Source: the human T2T-CHM13v2.0 reference genome, Homo sapiens | NCBI RefSeq assembly: GCF_009914755.1 | Contig: NC_060935.1 | DNA: 64,000 nucleotides | Reading direction: 5' to 3' (one strand) | Part shown: piece after piece, positions 50,746 through 64,000 of the stretch | How positions within the stretch are numbered: position 1 is the first letter of the stretch | Layout of the letters: the number at the start of each line of letters is the position of its first letter | The notes under the pieces: generated by a model | Told to the model about the DNA's origin: nothing | The model's database searches: none | The model's input: the letters and a program-made list of their open reading frames with translations, nothing else | Translations under genes and position numbers: made by a program

Positions 50746-53700
50746 CTTTGGCTAAGTAGTGAGAATGGGGCCATTTCACAGGTGAGCGATCCTACTGTAC
50801 ACAAAGCACTTTACAAGGCTCCAAGGGGGTTGAGAAGGAGATAGGAGGTGGGCTCATCTCCATCCCTTGGGCAAATACTGTCCAGCACCCTTGTGAAGTT
50901 TCTAAGCCTCAACTGAACGGCTGCTTGGAGCTAGTGACTTAGCCATTAGAGGTTTTAGTCATAGACATTATTTTTACAAAAATGATTTTAAAAGGTTTTA
51001 GAATACATAAATACATTCATGCATGTGCCAGAAAGATGCAATTTACAATTAAGTTCTATAATCACACCTGACCAAACCCACAACTCAATATAGCACAGGT
51101 GTGAGCCACCAACGAACCCCAATTTCAGTTCGAAAGGGTGAAATCATTATTTTCACCCTCTCAACATATTTAATAGTTGTTGTAAAACAAATGAATATAA
51201 TTTGGCTTCATTTGGAATTCCCTTTTCTGTTATTGCTTCCTTGCAATTCTAGTTGAGCTGAAATCTATTAAATACAACAACTTCCCATCACCTGTGTGCT
51301 CAAGCAAATCCAGTCTGACACTGGGTGAAGAACTACAGTTTGGAAACACAGGAACAAAGGATGTGTGGAAACACTGACTTCTCATCCTCTAGAGTTCACA
51401 TAATTCAAATCCAATTCTCCCCAGCCCTCCCAGCTCTGCCCTGCCTGCCTTCATTGAGGTCAGATAGCAGAGTGATGCTGATCCTTCATATAAAAACAGC
51501 ACATCACAAGCTATAATATAAGTTCCACCTTTGTTGCTCCTGATGCTGGGAAGGTTGGCTGAGAAAACAAGGGCTCACTTTGCAGATGAGGCTCAGGTCA
51601 GGGAAAGGTGGAGCTGGTAGGGGCCTGCCAAATGAGGCAGGCTGGTCAGTGCCTATGTCTTTCCCCCTTCCCCAAGCTGGTTTCAGCCCCATGGTTTGAA
51701 GTAAAGAAGTCCCCAAACTTCAATTTGGCAGCTATTGCCCTAAACCAGATGACTAAAGGGCTGACTCTGAGCAGCAGTTTGCAAGAGCAAGGTAACAGTG
51801 TTGCTGGCTGGTTGAGAGAACCAGCTTATGCCGGGTGAACTCTACTTAGTATTATGAATTAATGGTGCTAGGAGATGCTAATTATGTTCTAAAGGCTTAC
51901 CTAGTAAAACAAAATGTTGGAAACTTTTATTTTGACATTTTGCTTTTCCATGAAATCTTAAAATCAGAACCACTGATTCATACAACCACAAACAAGAAGT
52001 TATATTATTTTTAACAAATTACCTAGATTCTAGTCACCACGCTAATGTCTCACACATGCTCTCTTCAAGCCTCAAGATAATCATATGAAGTGGAAATCAT
52101 TATCTCCTTTTTATAGACCAGGAAACTGAAGCCCAGAAAGTAACATTATTTGCTCCAAGTCACAGAGTGAAGAAGTGGCAAAGGCAGGATCCTAACTCAA
52201 GTCTAGCGCCAGAGCATAGCTACCTAGATGAGGGAAGGAGGGCAGGAATCTCCCCAGCATAGCTGGGTAATGATGCTTTTATTCATGGATCACACCTTTG
52301 CAGAATACCCTCTGGGAGGAAGCCCAGCCTAGTGGAAAAAGGCTGCTTAGGGACAGGCAGTCCCAGACTGGGGTCCTTGTGTTCCCCCTACCAGCAGAGT
52401 GACCAGCTGGCTGCTTAACCTCTCAGGGCTTCAGTGTCTCCAAGTGTAATGCAAAGATATGCTATCTTCCTGTTGTGTTGCTGGGAGGACTGCAGGAAGA
52501 AGCATGTGAGGAAAGAGCTAAGCAGTGCCTGCCACATAGTAGGTGCTTGACAGACGTCGGTCCTCTTGCCTGTCCCTGAAGGGAAGCCACTGAGCAAGTC
52601 ACCAACACTCAGGGCTTAGGGTTGGATGTGCTCTTTGATGTCAGCTGGCTCAACTCTCCCACTTTACAGATGGGAAAACCGAGGTTCAGAAAGGAATGGC
52701 AACTTGTCCAAGATCACAGTGCAGGGCAATGGCAGAGATGGGACAAGAACTCATCTGCTGACCCGCATCTTCTGCTTTTTCTACAACAGCCTGTTGGTAA
52801 CTTTACCTCTTCATGGCAGCTGCCAAGTGAGCTATAATGTAAGTAGATTAGAGATGAAGAACAGCATGAATATTTTGATGGGTTAGTGAAAGGAAAACAA
52901 TAACTATTTGACCAAAGAGTAATTGTCTAGAATATACTTTCTTATTTATCAAATAAGTATGCAGCACTTACTCTGCACCTGCCCGGAACTGTTCTAAGGC
53001 CTTCACAAACATGAGCTTGCTTCATCATCAGTACAATCCTAGGAGGAAGTTACTCTTTCTATCATCCCCATTTTATGGATGAGGAACAGGTGGCACAGAG
53101 AGGTTAACTTGCTCACGGTTCTATTTCTAGTAAATGGGCAGAGCTGGGATCTGAATCCAGGCAGCATGACTACAGGGTCCATATCATAATCACTATGGCA
53201 TGCTGCTTCTCACAAGGAATAATGAATTTATTTTTACTGTATAGAAGACTGCACATTACTTGAGAATACTAATCATAATCATAATCATAATCATAGTGGC
53301 ATTAATAGGAAAAAATACAAACAGACGATCCCCTCTGTGAGTTTCTTTGGAAACTTAATGGTACCTCCCCAAGTTTCCAAAATTCTCCTTCCCCATCTCT
53401 CCACCCACCTCTGTGGCACATCCCATTCCCCTCACCTGGAAATATTTTCCTTCCTTGTCTGACTTCCAGTCTTATCCTTCAAGACTCAGCTAGGATATCA
53501 CTAGCTTTGGGAAAGCCTTTCCAACAGTGTCTCAATCACAGAGGGTCAATGTTCCCTGATTCAGCAGGGTTTGACCTTGTGTCCATGATGAGAATGGCTA
53601 AAAAAGATAATGACTTTCCTCAAAGAACCTTCCCAGTGGTCTCAGATCACTCCGCTCATCAATGATGCCCAGGAGTAAGATCATAGTCACTTCACTGAGG

Positions 53701-54111
53701 CATGGATGTGTCTAATGCCCTTGATGCCACACGCATTTATGGGATAGCTTCTTTGCACCTGGCATTTTCACACGTTATTGCATTTAATGAACATTCCAAG
53801 CTTTGAGGCAAGTACTGTCAACCCTATTTGAGCAAGAAGGACCCTGGATTGGGAAAATCAGATAACTTGTCTGAGGCCACACAGCCAGCTAAGTGATAGC
53901 ACTGGGATCTGAAGCCAGGTTCCCAAATCCCTTCTCCAAGAGAAAGCTATTTATGTAACTGTCACAGTAAAAATTGATCCTGGCAAGAACTAGCAATAGA
54001 TGCTTAATTCATGGGGAAAAGGTTGGACTACTTACATAGTCTTGAAGTTGTCTCCCTCCAAAATTCGTATTACAAAAAGGAAAATGATAATGGGAGGAAC
54101 TGGAGACCATC

Positions 54112-54580
54112 TGGGATGCTTAGTTTTGTGTCAATGTGGCCAGGCCTTAGTGCCCAGTTATTTAGTCCAATGCAACTCTAGGTGTTGCTGTGAAGATACT
54201 TTGCAGATGTGGTTAATATCTACAGTCAATTGACTTTAGGTAAAGGAGATGACTTGATAATACGAGTGGCCTCATCCAATGAGTTGAAAGGCCTTAAGAG
54301 CAAAAACTGAGGTTTCTCAGAAAGAAAGATGTTCTACTTCAAGACTGCAGCATCAACTCCCGCCTGAATTTCCAGGCTGCTGGCCTAGCTGACACATTTC
54401 AGACTTGCCAGCCCCACAATCACGTGAGCCAATTCCTTAAAATAATATGTATGTATATATTAAGAGATTACACATATGTATACTGTGTGTGTGTGTATAT
54501 ATATATATGTAGAACATATATATGTAGGTATACATAATATTCCATTAGCTCTATTATCCTGGAGGTGGCTGACTAATATG
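54112..54580 (+). mobile_element. MLT2 (ERVL) solo LTR inserted in an old L1 fragment
   Basis: ttttgtgtcaa...ctaggtgttgctgtgaagatactttgcagatgtggttaa...ccacaatcacgtgagccaattcctt...ctgactaata; TSD ccatc at 54107-54111 and 54581-54585. Confidence 0.85.
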
Positions 54581-56949
54581 CCATCTTAACCAACTCACCA
54601 AAATTAGCATCACCGATGAGCATAATATACCTCCAGATGTTGTACCCTGAGAAGGAGACAACATCATTCAGGTAGTATTAACATTTGTAATTGAAAAAAG
54701 ATAAAAATATTAATGAAAAAGAGCTATCCTCCTCCCTCCATGGCTCACAGGCCAGCAATAGTAGTGGCCACTGGACCTAGTGATCCTGGGTGCCCCTGAC
54801 CTGGAAACGGTGGAAAATTTAGCCAAGGATCTCCTGGGCTCCTGCCCAGTTCCCTGTCTGCTTTCCCTTCTCTTAGCCCCTTTCCTCCTTCCCTTCCACT
54901 CTCTCCCCTTCCCCATTCCCCACACAAACACACACCGACTCACAAACACCCACCGCTTGAAATTTTCTCTCTGCCGCCCAGAAGGCCTGGGATAATTCCA
55001 TCTCCTCGATTTTATGAAGCCAGAGTATGCAGTGAGTCACTTTGCACACATCTGTGGATTCCCCTCAGAGCTGGTTGTCTGCCTACAGAGGGATGTTAAC
55101 ATTTACGGCCGTGAGCAGGGACATGCAACACTTCAAGGAAGCAAGGTGCCAGCTACCTTTCCAAGCTGCAGGTGGTTTTTAATGGAAGCAGAATATTGCT
55201 ATTTATTATTTATTTCACTTCTTATTTTTAAAATATGATTAATATAGCTCACCAATAAATCTAGCCAAGTACAAGCACTCGTGAAGCACCCTTGGAGGGC
55301 TTGGTGTGACAAGGCCTGATAGCTGTGAGGGCAGAGGCAGCCAGGTGAGGGGAGCTTCCTTCAGCCTGAACATGAACCAGTCTTTTTTGTGTGTGCCTTT
55401 GAAGCAGTGATTCTCCTTGTGAGGTGCCCAGGGGACAAGCCAAGGAGGCCTTCTAGCAAGCAGGCCAAGGTGCAGGAGACAGATAGAAGTGAGAGGCTGG
55501 TTCTGCGGTTGCCATGCAGGGGAGAGGGTTTTGGAGCCAGGCAGGCAGGCCGAGGTTCAAATCCCAGCCCACGCAAGCGAGCCAGGCAAGCTGGAGAACC
55601 CCTCTAAGCTTATGTTCCTGCATGTAAAATAGCTATGAAGTGTCAAAGGGTTGCCGAGTAGGTAACGAGTACATGTTTGGAAAGTTCTGAACCCGCTGCC
55701 TTCCAAATCACAGACACTCAGATATCTTTAGCCTAGTGTTTATAAAGACAGTGGACAATGGAACAAGAACAGTTTGGTTTTGAATCCTACCTCTGTCACT
55801 CACTAGCCATGTGACTCTGGGCAATTCTGAACCTCTCTGTGCTTCAGTTCTCTTGGCTGTGAAATGGGGCTACCCACAGGGTTGTAGTAAGCATTAACTG
55901 AGATAATCCACACCTGGCACACTGTGAATGCTAATGCAGCTATTGTTGCTTTCGTTACTCCTTCCTTTACTTTCTATCCACCTTCTTCCATGGTCTGATC
56001 CCAAATGACAATTCCTGCTGGCACATTCCTACTTATTCACTGAAACCTAGTTTAAATATCATCCCTTCTATAAAGTCTTCCCTCACCCTTTTCGTAGAAA
56101 CAATACCCTCCTCCCTCTCTGTTGCCAGGAAACTTTGTGCAACTCCATCATCATCATAACACAGACTGCCGCCCACCTGATTATAAGGGGACCCTTGCTC
56201 CTGCATCCCCTTTAGGGTAGGACCAGGTTTTATCCATTGCCATAAGCCTACTATACAGCCCAACCCTTAACAGCTCACAGCACACAGAGAATCTGGTGCT
56301 GTTTGTCTCACACTGCAGCCCCCTCCCTAGCCACCCTGAAGCAGAAGGGGTTGAGAGCTGTGCTCCCCTGTAATGGCACTCACAGCACCCTGGGGACTCA
56401 CAGCGCCCTGGGCACTGCAGGTGGACAGCTGCAGCCTGGTACCTAGAGTCCATAGCCCCGGAGGTGGAGAGGAATGCATGCTGGTGAAGGAAAGATGGGT
56501 CATGAGGATTTTCTCACCAGCTGCCTCCTCTCCCTGCCAACATTTTTGACAGGTGACAGTGCTGGCGTAGGAGGGAAAGAAGTCTCTGGAGTTCCTGGAT
56601 CTGTAAGTTGAAGCAGAGCCCATAGACCAGCCAGGTCCATAGAAACGTGCATGTCAGGTAAGTTCCAAAGCTCAGGTCAAAAAAGAGGTCAGTTTGTGGC
56701 ACAGGCTCCCACCTGGGAGGATGGATGGCATGGGTCTGCTTTGGAAAGGGGGACACTGGCACCTGGGACATGGTATCTGAGAGATAGGCCCTTTGCCGGT
56801 AAAGCACCCGACCCTGCTCTCCCCGGCTAACTTGGACACTTTCCTGGGCTCTGCACTATGCAAGATCTTTGTTCCTCTTTCAGGGCTGACTCATTCACTA
56901 AAAGAGTATCAACAGCTCCACTCAACAACAGCCATTCCTGGAACCTCCT

Positions 56950-57646
<697 letters not shown>

Positions 57647-59386
57647 CTCCTTAATGGACCAGAACCTGTGCTGGGCACAGGGGACAGAGACAGGTGAGGC
57701 CATGGGCCTGCCCTCGGGAGCCCACATGCTAGTAAGAGAGGCTGCCATGGAAACTCAAATATGATGTGGCAGCACACACACCACAGAAGAACATGGGTCA
57801 TACAGAGAAAGGAGGTGGGAGGGGGGTGGTCAAGAAGAGTCTCAGAGAGGAGACGTGGGTGAATCCTGGCTTGAAAGAATTTATTAGATGAAGAGCAGTG
57901 TGAGAAAAGCACTTCAGGCAGAGGGATCAACACAAAGATATGGAGTTACAAAAAAAAATCTGTGTGGGGAACTCTACATTCACTGCAGGAGGGCAAGGTG
58001 GGGGCAGAGAGAGGAAGGGTGATGAAGAGGCTGCAGAAGTCAGCTGGAAGCTGCCTCATTGGTCGTGTAGGGTGCAGAGGAAGTGGTCTTCTCTGCCCAG
58101 CCATGAACACGTTCCGCCATCAGCAGTGCCATCTTTGGACACTTGAAAGAGATGCACGTGTGCGCACACACACATGCATATACCCGTGTCTGTAAATTTA
58201 TATATGCTTGTGTATAAGTAATATGCACAACCAAATTCTAGAATGTGGGATGTTAAGCTCTGAGATGTAAAGATTCTCAGAAATCCAGATAGAATTCAGT
58301 GTGGTGGAGCATATGGCATGGTTGGGGGCACAGAGAGTGTAAACTGAGAAAAAGAGAGACCTGGTTGTAAGCCCTGCTCAGGGCTGCTGCATATGGTTGG
58401 GCAGGTTGTTCACTGCTCAAGCACACAGCTGAGCGGGGTGATTCAGGACTGTGTTTATGGGAAGGGGGCTGGGGTGGAGTTAGGGTGAGAGGTAGGTGGG
58501 TGGGAGATGGACAGGGAGGTTGTCTGAGGGGAACCACTGGTCAGTTCAGGTCAGGCCAGGGTCAGGCTGGCTGTGGTGCGGTAGAGACCCTTCTTTTAAA
58601 TAGAAGCTCTGGCTTCAGTGACTTCCCAAGTCCTTTACAGCACAAACACACCCATACACTCAAGTAGGTTGCCCTGGTTTCCTCATTGGTCAAGGAGCAT
58701 CATTCCTAGGGGATTGCTCCCATCTAGCCAGGCTGGACTCCCTGCTGTTCCACTTTCCTTCTCCAAGGATCCCACTATGGTCTTCCTCTTTCTTCAAGGC
58801 AGAGCCCCACCTCCTCCAGGAAGTCTTCCTCCCATCCTCTCCCCACCCTTCACTTCCTGGTCACTTATACTTCAAATGTCCTCTCTGCACCAACAAGCCG
58901 TTCATATTGACAAAGGCAGAAAAGATCAGTTCTCACTTCCATCAAGCACTAACTTGTCCTAGGAGGAAGAGACACCAAAATGGGAATTCTTACACCCTTG
59001 CTGGTTTCAGCAATTTTCAGGCCTCTATTCAAAGTGAAGGACCCTCTCAGATGGGAGAATAGGCTGGCTGAGATGGTAATGAAACACACTTGACAGCTGC
59101 ACAAAAGCAAAGATGAAAATCTACTCTTTGTTTTATCATCCCTTCAAGTGAGAAAGCAGCCAGCCCTGGGGGTCAGAGTCAGCTGAGGGTCAGGGATATA
59201 AGCTGGACTTCATTCAGGAAAGGGAGGAGGAGGAGAAGCAAGAGAGGGAGGGGGAGAGGGGAAGGCTGTCTTAGAGTGGATCCAAGACCCACGGAGGGAA
59301 AGCATGAAGAAAATTCATATCCTTCATATCCTGAATCTCTGAACTTCATGGGATTCTGTCTGAGTTACTCCCCCGCCTATTGGATT

Positions 59387-59387
<1 letters not shown>

Positions 59388-59432
<45 letters not shown>

Positions 59433-59461
59433 GTGTGTGTGACAGAGAGAGAGAAAGAGAG
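59388..59461. repeat. (GT)n(GA)n compound microsatellite
   Basis: Read directly. Confidence 0.96.
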
Positions 59462-60574
59462 GGGGTGCTTCAGATTTCACAAAATCCATTTTAATCACCC
59501 TCTGCAATCCACAACACTCTGTAATTACAAGTCTCTTACTCTCAAGGACAAAAAAACTCACCGAGAAAGCAACATTAAGCTTGCAAGCGGAAACATGAAA
59601 ATTCATGAAACGCACAATTAAGGATCCAATGACAATGTTAACTCTCCCCTTTGCCAGCCTAGGCACTGGGGATTAACCAACAAAATGGCAATTCTCAATC
59701 CTGAGGTGTGTGTGGTGGACATTGGGAACCCTGGCCCTGCCATGCCTGCTCTGTCTCTGGATTCCTATTTGCTGCCCTCAGAGGCTGTCCTGGGGCCCAG
59801 CATTTACTGTCTGACCCTTATAGGAGTGGAGAAGGACAGGCCTAACCTTAGAAGGAAGGAGACCAAGACTTGTGTTTGAGAAATGACTCTCAATGCTTGT
59901 TGTTGCCTGCACAACTCCTGAAAGACATGACCAGACCTTGAGACTCTTTCCCATGAGTTAAGGGAATTCATGAAGGGTGGGGGTTGTGATCATTCTCCCA
60001 TCAGAGTGGTTTCAGCTCCCAAACGATCTCTCCACTCCCACTTCTAACCCCTTAGTCCAGGACCTCCTCTGTTCTCTGTTCCAGGGCCCTAACTCTGCCT
60101 CTATCTCAACGCCTTGCTGCCAACCCTGTACCACCAATTCACTCTATGAGCTCGTGTTCAGGCCAATCTCCCTCAACATGTATTTTAAAGCCCCTCCCTC
60201 CTCTCTCAATGTCTTGTGAATAAAGCAGGATACAAAGTTGTAGCTGAAGTACAATCTTAACTATGTTACATAGAAAAAAAATAAACTTGGAAAGACAGAA
60301 GGAAATCAGCCAAGTGTCCACTGGCTACTTTTGCATTTGGTGTCTGCAAGGCAAGAGGTAGGAAAGGGAGGAGATTAATATCTTATACCTTATAATTATA
60401 TACCTTTCTGCCCTTGTGCAAATTTTCTGCAATAAGTACGACTTACAGTCAGGAAACAGTGAAACTGTAAAAGTCCCCTCTCTTCAAAATCCTTCTGTAG
60501 TTTTTTATTTTCTACATGACAAAATATAAATCTGGAGCCTGGTATTTACAGCCTGCTAAGATCTGGTCCCCATC

Positions 60575-60735
60575 AGAAGGGCTTCATGGGTGTGTGACCT
60601 GTGCAGTCACAGAGGGCCAACACTCAGAAGCAGCCATGCTTGGTTGAATGCTCTGCCATGACTGTCTTGAAATTCTTTATTTTTGAACAAGGGGCTCCAC
60701 ATTTTTATGTTACATAATTTATGTAACTGATCCAG
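60575..60735. mobile_element. MER91-like hAT-Tip100 relic
   Basis: cttcatgggtgtgtgacctgtgcagtcacagagggcc...ttttgaacaaggggctccacattttt. Confidence 0.55.
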
Positions 60736-63700
60736 TTCATCAGACTGTCTTCATGCAGAGAAATAATTATCCAATTATACAGGACAGAGCAACATAGAAG
60801 CCCTCTGGATTGTTGTGTCTGGGTAAGGATCTCCAAGGCATTGGCCAGGATAGATAGGAAACCCTGCCATATGTGCAGAGTCAGAGAGAATAAGGGGTAT
60901 TCAGTCTGGGGATGCGAAGAGGCAGGGGATATTTAGCACATGTTTGTTAAGCATCTTGAGCACTCTTCTAGGCTCTAGGAATATAGCTGTGAATAAAGCA
61001 GATCAAGTCTGTCCCTGCTATACTGAGCTTAAGGGCTAGTCAGGGAGATTGATAATAATAACTAAACAATTATCTATGTATGGAGGGCTATGAAGAAAAA
61101 TAAAGTAGGAAAGGGAGATAGTGAGGGCTGGTATGGGAGGCAAACTATTTGAGTTAGGACCTGTAAGGAAGTGAATAAGCACTTGGATGACGGAAACTTG
61201 GAAAATGTCAACATGTACACAGACAATTACTATACACGGTGGGGTTTGCCATGCAGACACTTGGTGGGACCATAAATAAGAAGCAACCTGCCCAGCCTGG
61301 GGTGGGCAGAGGAGAGGGCTGGGGAGGACCTTGGATTTAATCCATGTCAAATTATCTCTTTTTATCTCTTTTCGCCAACTCTCAAATCAGCAGAAACCAT
61401 ATTCTACTGACTATACCTTAGTAATTCTCTTTCCATTCCCACTACCATGGACTAGCTCAGGTCTTCATTTCCCCAGAATCACTACAATAAAGTCAGTTTG
61501 TTCTTTTCTTCTGATGCTCTACCCTCCCCTGAGTGATCACATCTCCTCCTGGGTTTTCACCCTGAATCTTATCCTCTAGCCTGACCTCTTTCTTGAGCTC
61601 CAGACGTGAGTATCCAACTGTCTTTATTCCTGTGGATTCTGAGCATCTGAATGAGGGTGAGGCTTCTTAATGTTCCATGCTGGCCTCAGATGCTGTCCCT
61701 ATTTGGGCATTCCAAAGTGCTTGTCCAAGACATCAGAACCCTGCAAGCAAGGTGAGGAAACTGAGGCACAGATGAGTGAAGAGGGCTGCCCAAGGGCCTT
61801 CAGTAGCAAATTCTGCTCTTCCTATCATATCTGCCAGGCACCTCACCTATCCCTCACAGGCCAAGATATGTCCTTCTATGTAATCTCCAAGGTCTGCTCT
61901 GACTCGAAGAGTCTAGGTTTCTCTACTCTGATGAGGCCCCAGATGGGCAGACAGGAGAGGCAGAATCTGGGGGAATTTTCTCTGCCTTGGAGTCAGGACA
62001 ATAACTTGGCCCTTTCAGAAACCCAAATTTATCAGCACCCCAATGGCAATAGGACCTGAAGACACTTGAAAAGTTCCTGTGAGACTGAAGCACAAAGCAG
62101 AATAACAATATATTAATTGACACTGAGAAACAAAATTGTCCACATTGGTCTTACCGTAGGTTTCTACAAAGAATAAGCCACATTATCCTCAGAATGTTGT
62201 TGGGTGGGCATAGTAAATCATAAATGGCATTTCTCACTTATTCGGTGACACTTTGGAACAGAACTTAACATTCATTATGTAAAGTTATTCTGCCCACTTC
62301 ACAGATGAAGAAAATGAGTCTCAGAAATGCTAAGTAGCTTGCTCAAACTCACAGCTAGTAAGGAGTAAAGCTGGGGTTCAAATTCAGGACTTCGGCACCA
62401 CAGCCTGCTTGTTTAACCACTGACAGATGCCAAATGCATGCTGTTGCCACAGAGAAAAATAGTGATAAGTTTTTGTCTAAGTCAAGTTGACGTTGAACAT
62501 AATACCCATGACGGTGCTGTGAAATAGTATTGTAGCCTTACAGATGGGAAGGATTATTGTTGAAAATGCTCTCCCCCAAATGAATCTTTATAATCAGGGT
62601 TTTATGTTGAACACACTAGGTGATAGTTACTTTTTAAAGGACTCTTCCTATACAGCAAGTAAATGATTTTGTTTCTGAAAATGAATCATCAACCCTGATT
62701 TACTTACTGTTTAGCAAATCTGTGGGAGTCCGAAATATATCGCCTGGGGCCAGGTAGACCTCAGATTCCAATTCTGGATCAACATCAGCCATGTTGCCTT
62801 GGACACATGAGTCATCTGCTCAGTCTTCCTTATTTGCAAAACAGATGATACTATCTACCCCACAGGGCTTTTTAAAGAGAAATGGGGGGAAAGGTGTATA
62901 ACATGCTTAGCATGGATCCTGCACAGGGTAAACACAAGTTTTACTTTTTATTTTTCAGGGTAATCCAATTTACTCTCCAGTTCAGTTATTCAAGTTGCCT
63001 GTGTCATTCTTACCACAGCTACTATCACCATCATCATCATCATTATTATCATTTTTATTCAGCTACCCAATGTAGCTGTTCAATTCACTGTGATGATGGT
63101 ATTGATAATGCACCTATTCAATATGCTGTCCAATTCAACTCACACATTTGTAATAAACGCCTAACCCTGATGTTGACTTTAGCAGTAACCACCCCACTGG
63201 GCCCTGATCACACTGTGCCCATGTGATTTTCCCCTTCATCAGCTCTCTTTACGTCAGAGACAGGCACATAATGGCCATGCTAGGAGGGAAATCGGAATTC
63301 TTTTTGTATTCAAGGGGCATGCATCTTTCTTGGTTGGCCTACATAGGCAGGAGGCTATTTTCAAGCCTGATTTGAAGCCCATCTCATGTCAAACAATCCC
63401 AGTCTCTAGAAGAGGCTGTCCTTTAAATGTTGTGATCATGACAGAGCCTTGCCTAATAGTAGCTGGGACTGGAAGGGCTATCAGGGGCTGGGCTCTGAGC
63501 ACCTGCCAGGTGATGGGGCGGGGGCCAAACATGACCTTGGCTTCATCAAGCCTCCACTTCCCCTAAGGATTCTGGGCAATACTCTTCAACAAACTTCTCA
63601 TTGCCTCAAATGATGTTCAAGCCAGTTCCAAGTGTAGCTCCTGGCACATTCTCCCTGGAGAGCAGCAGCCACTGTCCACAACCATCTGTAGGCAAACCTG

Positions 63701-64000
63701 CTTGACAGGGTGTGGTAAGGCCAGCTGATCCTTGCTCTTCCTTGTCTTAGTTTTGTGATCTCAGGCAAGTCATTTAACCTTTCTACACATCAGTCTCTTC
63801 ATCAGTAAAATGAGAATACCCACTTTCCACAGGTAAATGAAGGTTGAATGGAATAACTCCTAATTAGCCATCAACACACACTAGTTCCCTTTCCCCCTTC
63901 CCTTCAGACATACCTGCGCAGGGAACACACATAAGAAGACCCAGGGAAGAGAATGGTTATGAAAAGCCTTGGCAAATGGCAAAGGGAAAAGAAAGAAATG

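Noticed and set aside
51134-51160. Inverted repeat agggtgaaa...tttcaccct
   Set aside because: A 9-bp stem is expected by chance at this window size

Overview
Human-type (primate) genomic DNA lying inside the teneurin-4 gene (TENM4/ODZ4/DOC4), which is transcribed on the - strand. Only two exons are present. The first is the ATG-bearing exon (15715..16002: 65 nt of leader plus 223 nt coding, [13 protein letters not shown]...EFCRTG). The second is the next coding exon (10757..11026, 270 nt, ANFTLRELG...[10 protein letters not shown]). Both encode the N-terminal intracellular domain and have canonical AG/GT boundaries. The rest is intron filled with Alu, MIR, L2, old L1, MaLR/ERVL LTRs, hAT-type DNA transposon relics and microsatellites. 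The other ORFs in the track are best explained as chance or repeat-derived. I found no new multi-gene system. The leads worth testing are: (1) both exons are phase-1/phase-1 and the leader is open in frame, so a back-spliced exon circle flanked by inverted Alus would be a stop-less ORF; (2) the leader may be a coding N-terminal extension; (3) a long UG tract sits directly upstream of a candidate poison cryptic exon; (4) a cluster of decoy splice donors follows the ATG exon; (5) a convergent CTCF motif pair brackets both exons; (6) a sense-oriented THE1 LTR retains a DUX4 motif. Repeat subfamily names are from recalled consensus sequences and need RepeatMasker/Dfam confirmation.
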